A stretch of DNA of 64,000 bases from Bugula neritina (taxonomy: Eukaryota > Animalia > Bryozoa): NCBI GenBank assembly GCA_964035545.1, contig OZ037772.1, positions 10,414,818-10,478,817 on the forward strand, read 5' to 3'. Under the pieces are notes generated by a model that was not told the DNA's origin, ran no database searches, and saw nothing but the letters and a program-made list of their open reading frames with translations. How positions within the stretch are numbered: position 1 is the stretch's first letter; each line of letters opens with the position of its first letter. Below are positions 63,101-64,000 of the stretch, piece after piece. The position numbers and the translations under genes were made by a program.

Positions 63101-64000
63101 ATGACGATAGACTAGTATAGAGTGTTATTTCATATTAATTGCACAAATCTGAGATAAATTATTATATACATAAATTTTTAGCAAAAATATTTTTTTATCT
63201 TGACTTTGTTGTGTTGCTTTTATGTCTGCTTTATAGTTCAGCAATGCTGTTATGTCATCTACTTCATGTTTCAGTGTTCTGTGAATGTGGAGACATCATT
63301 CTTTGAGATCTACAACGAGAAGATTCACGATCTGCTGGCATTCAATAAAGTTTCCTCGAGCAGCAAGCAAAATGTATGTATACAGGATAAACTCTTTCTC
63401 TCCTTGTATGTAGTGGCTAATACTTACTATGGTAAAGTTTGTCATATGGTGTGAAACACTGTATATGATCATGTGATGTGTCTATGTAACACTGTATGTA
63501 GTCATGTGATGTATATATGTAACACTGTATGTGATCATGTGATGTATATTTTCAGCTGAGGGTTAGAGAACACCCTGAAAGTGGCCCCTACGTCGAGGGT
63601 CTTTCCACTTTTCCTGTCGCCTCTTTTGATGACATCATCGTGAGTACTTCTAATTTGTAGTGTCGTAACTCCAAAGTAGAAGTATTTTGTAAAGGAAAGA
63701 AATTGTCAACATATTTTCCCTAGGATTTTGACCCAAACAACCAATGAAATGTTTAACTGGCAAAATATTTATATGTATGCATTATTATAGCCTTTAAACT
63801 TCAACTCTGAAACTTTTATATATCTTATATCCATTCGAAAAAGTAAGGGCTAATATAACGCAAGAAAACATCTAAAGACAGCAACTTGTAATTAAGTGTG
63901 TTTCATATTCCATAGAAACTGCTGACTCTGGGTAATAGGCAGCGTGCCACTGCCAGTACCGGTATGAATGACAAGAGTTCAAGGTCACACTCAGTGTTCA
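60170..64000 (+). CDS. KIF14: Kinesin-3 family motor, KIF14-like (5' part; runs off the window)
   Basis: Exons 60170-60257 and 61517-61576 (tentative), 62028-62156 (VTVAVRVRPF), 62716-62999 (AFQGYNTCLFAYGQTGSGKSY..GIIPRF), 63275-63373 (SFFEIYNEKIHDLL), 63556-63639 (LRVREHP..GPYVEGLS) and 63916-64000 (GNRQRATASTGMNDKSSRSHSVF). NTCLFAY, KIHDLL and MNDKSSRSHSVF match KIF14. Confidence 0.85.
61805..62027 (+). repeat. 31-bp minisatellite x7 ending in the kinesin exon acceptor
   Basis: Unit ttgtacactctgtgttaacacaacctctaca; the final partial unit reads ttgtag, the acceptor. Confidence 0.92.
63455..63548 (+). repeat. 33-bp tandem repeat x3 upstream of a kinesin acceptor
   Basis: Unit aacactgtat(a/g)tgatcatgtgatgt... 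Confidence 0.8.

Overview
AT-rich, intron-rich animal genomic DNA. The gene content suggests an invertebrate, probably a lophotrochozoan, but the taxon cannot be proven from this window. From left to right: a probable LTR end; a Cys/Pro-rich mini-exon (minus strand); an 18-kb cluster of six paralogous secreted signal peptide + PAN/apple + F-type lectin (fucolectin) genes, three on plus (one truncated) and three on minus, facing tail-to-tail; a complete pancreatic-lipase-family gene (+); a complete NRF-6-type acyltransferase-3 gene (-); alpha-tubulin acetyltransferase ATAT1 (+); flotillin-1 (+); and the 5' part of a KIF14-like kinesin-3 (+). Introns carry a tRNA-derived SINE family, several MITE families, a hAT element with a nested foldback element, and many micro- and minisatellites. 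The main observation is the lectin cluster. Its framework strand is homogenised at DNA level, while the sugar-binding loop straddles the exon 3/4 junction and differs in sequence and length between paralogs. One paralog looks like an unequal-crossover chimera, and long (GT)n/(TA)n tracts lie in and around the genes. This pattern is consistent with a diversifying glycan-recognition (immune or allorecognition-like) family. Exon coordinates were called by eye from GT-AG sites and reading-frame continuity.
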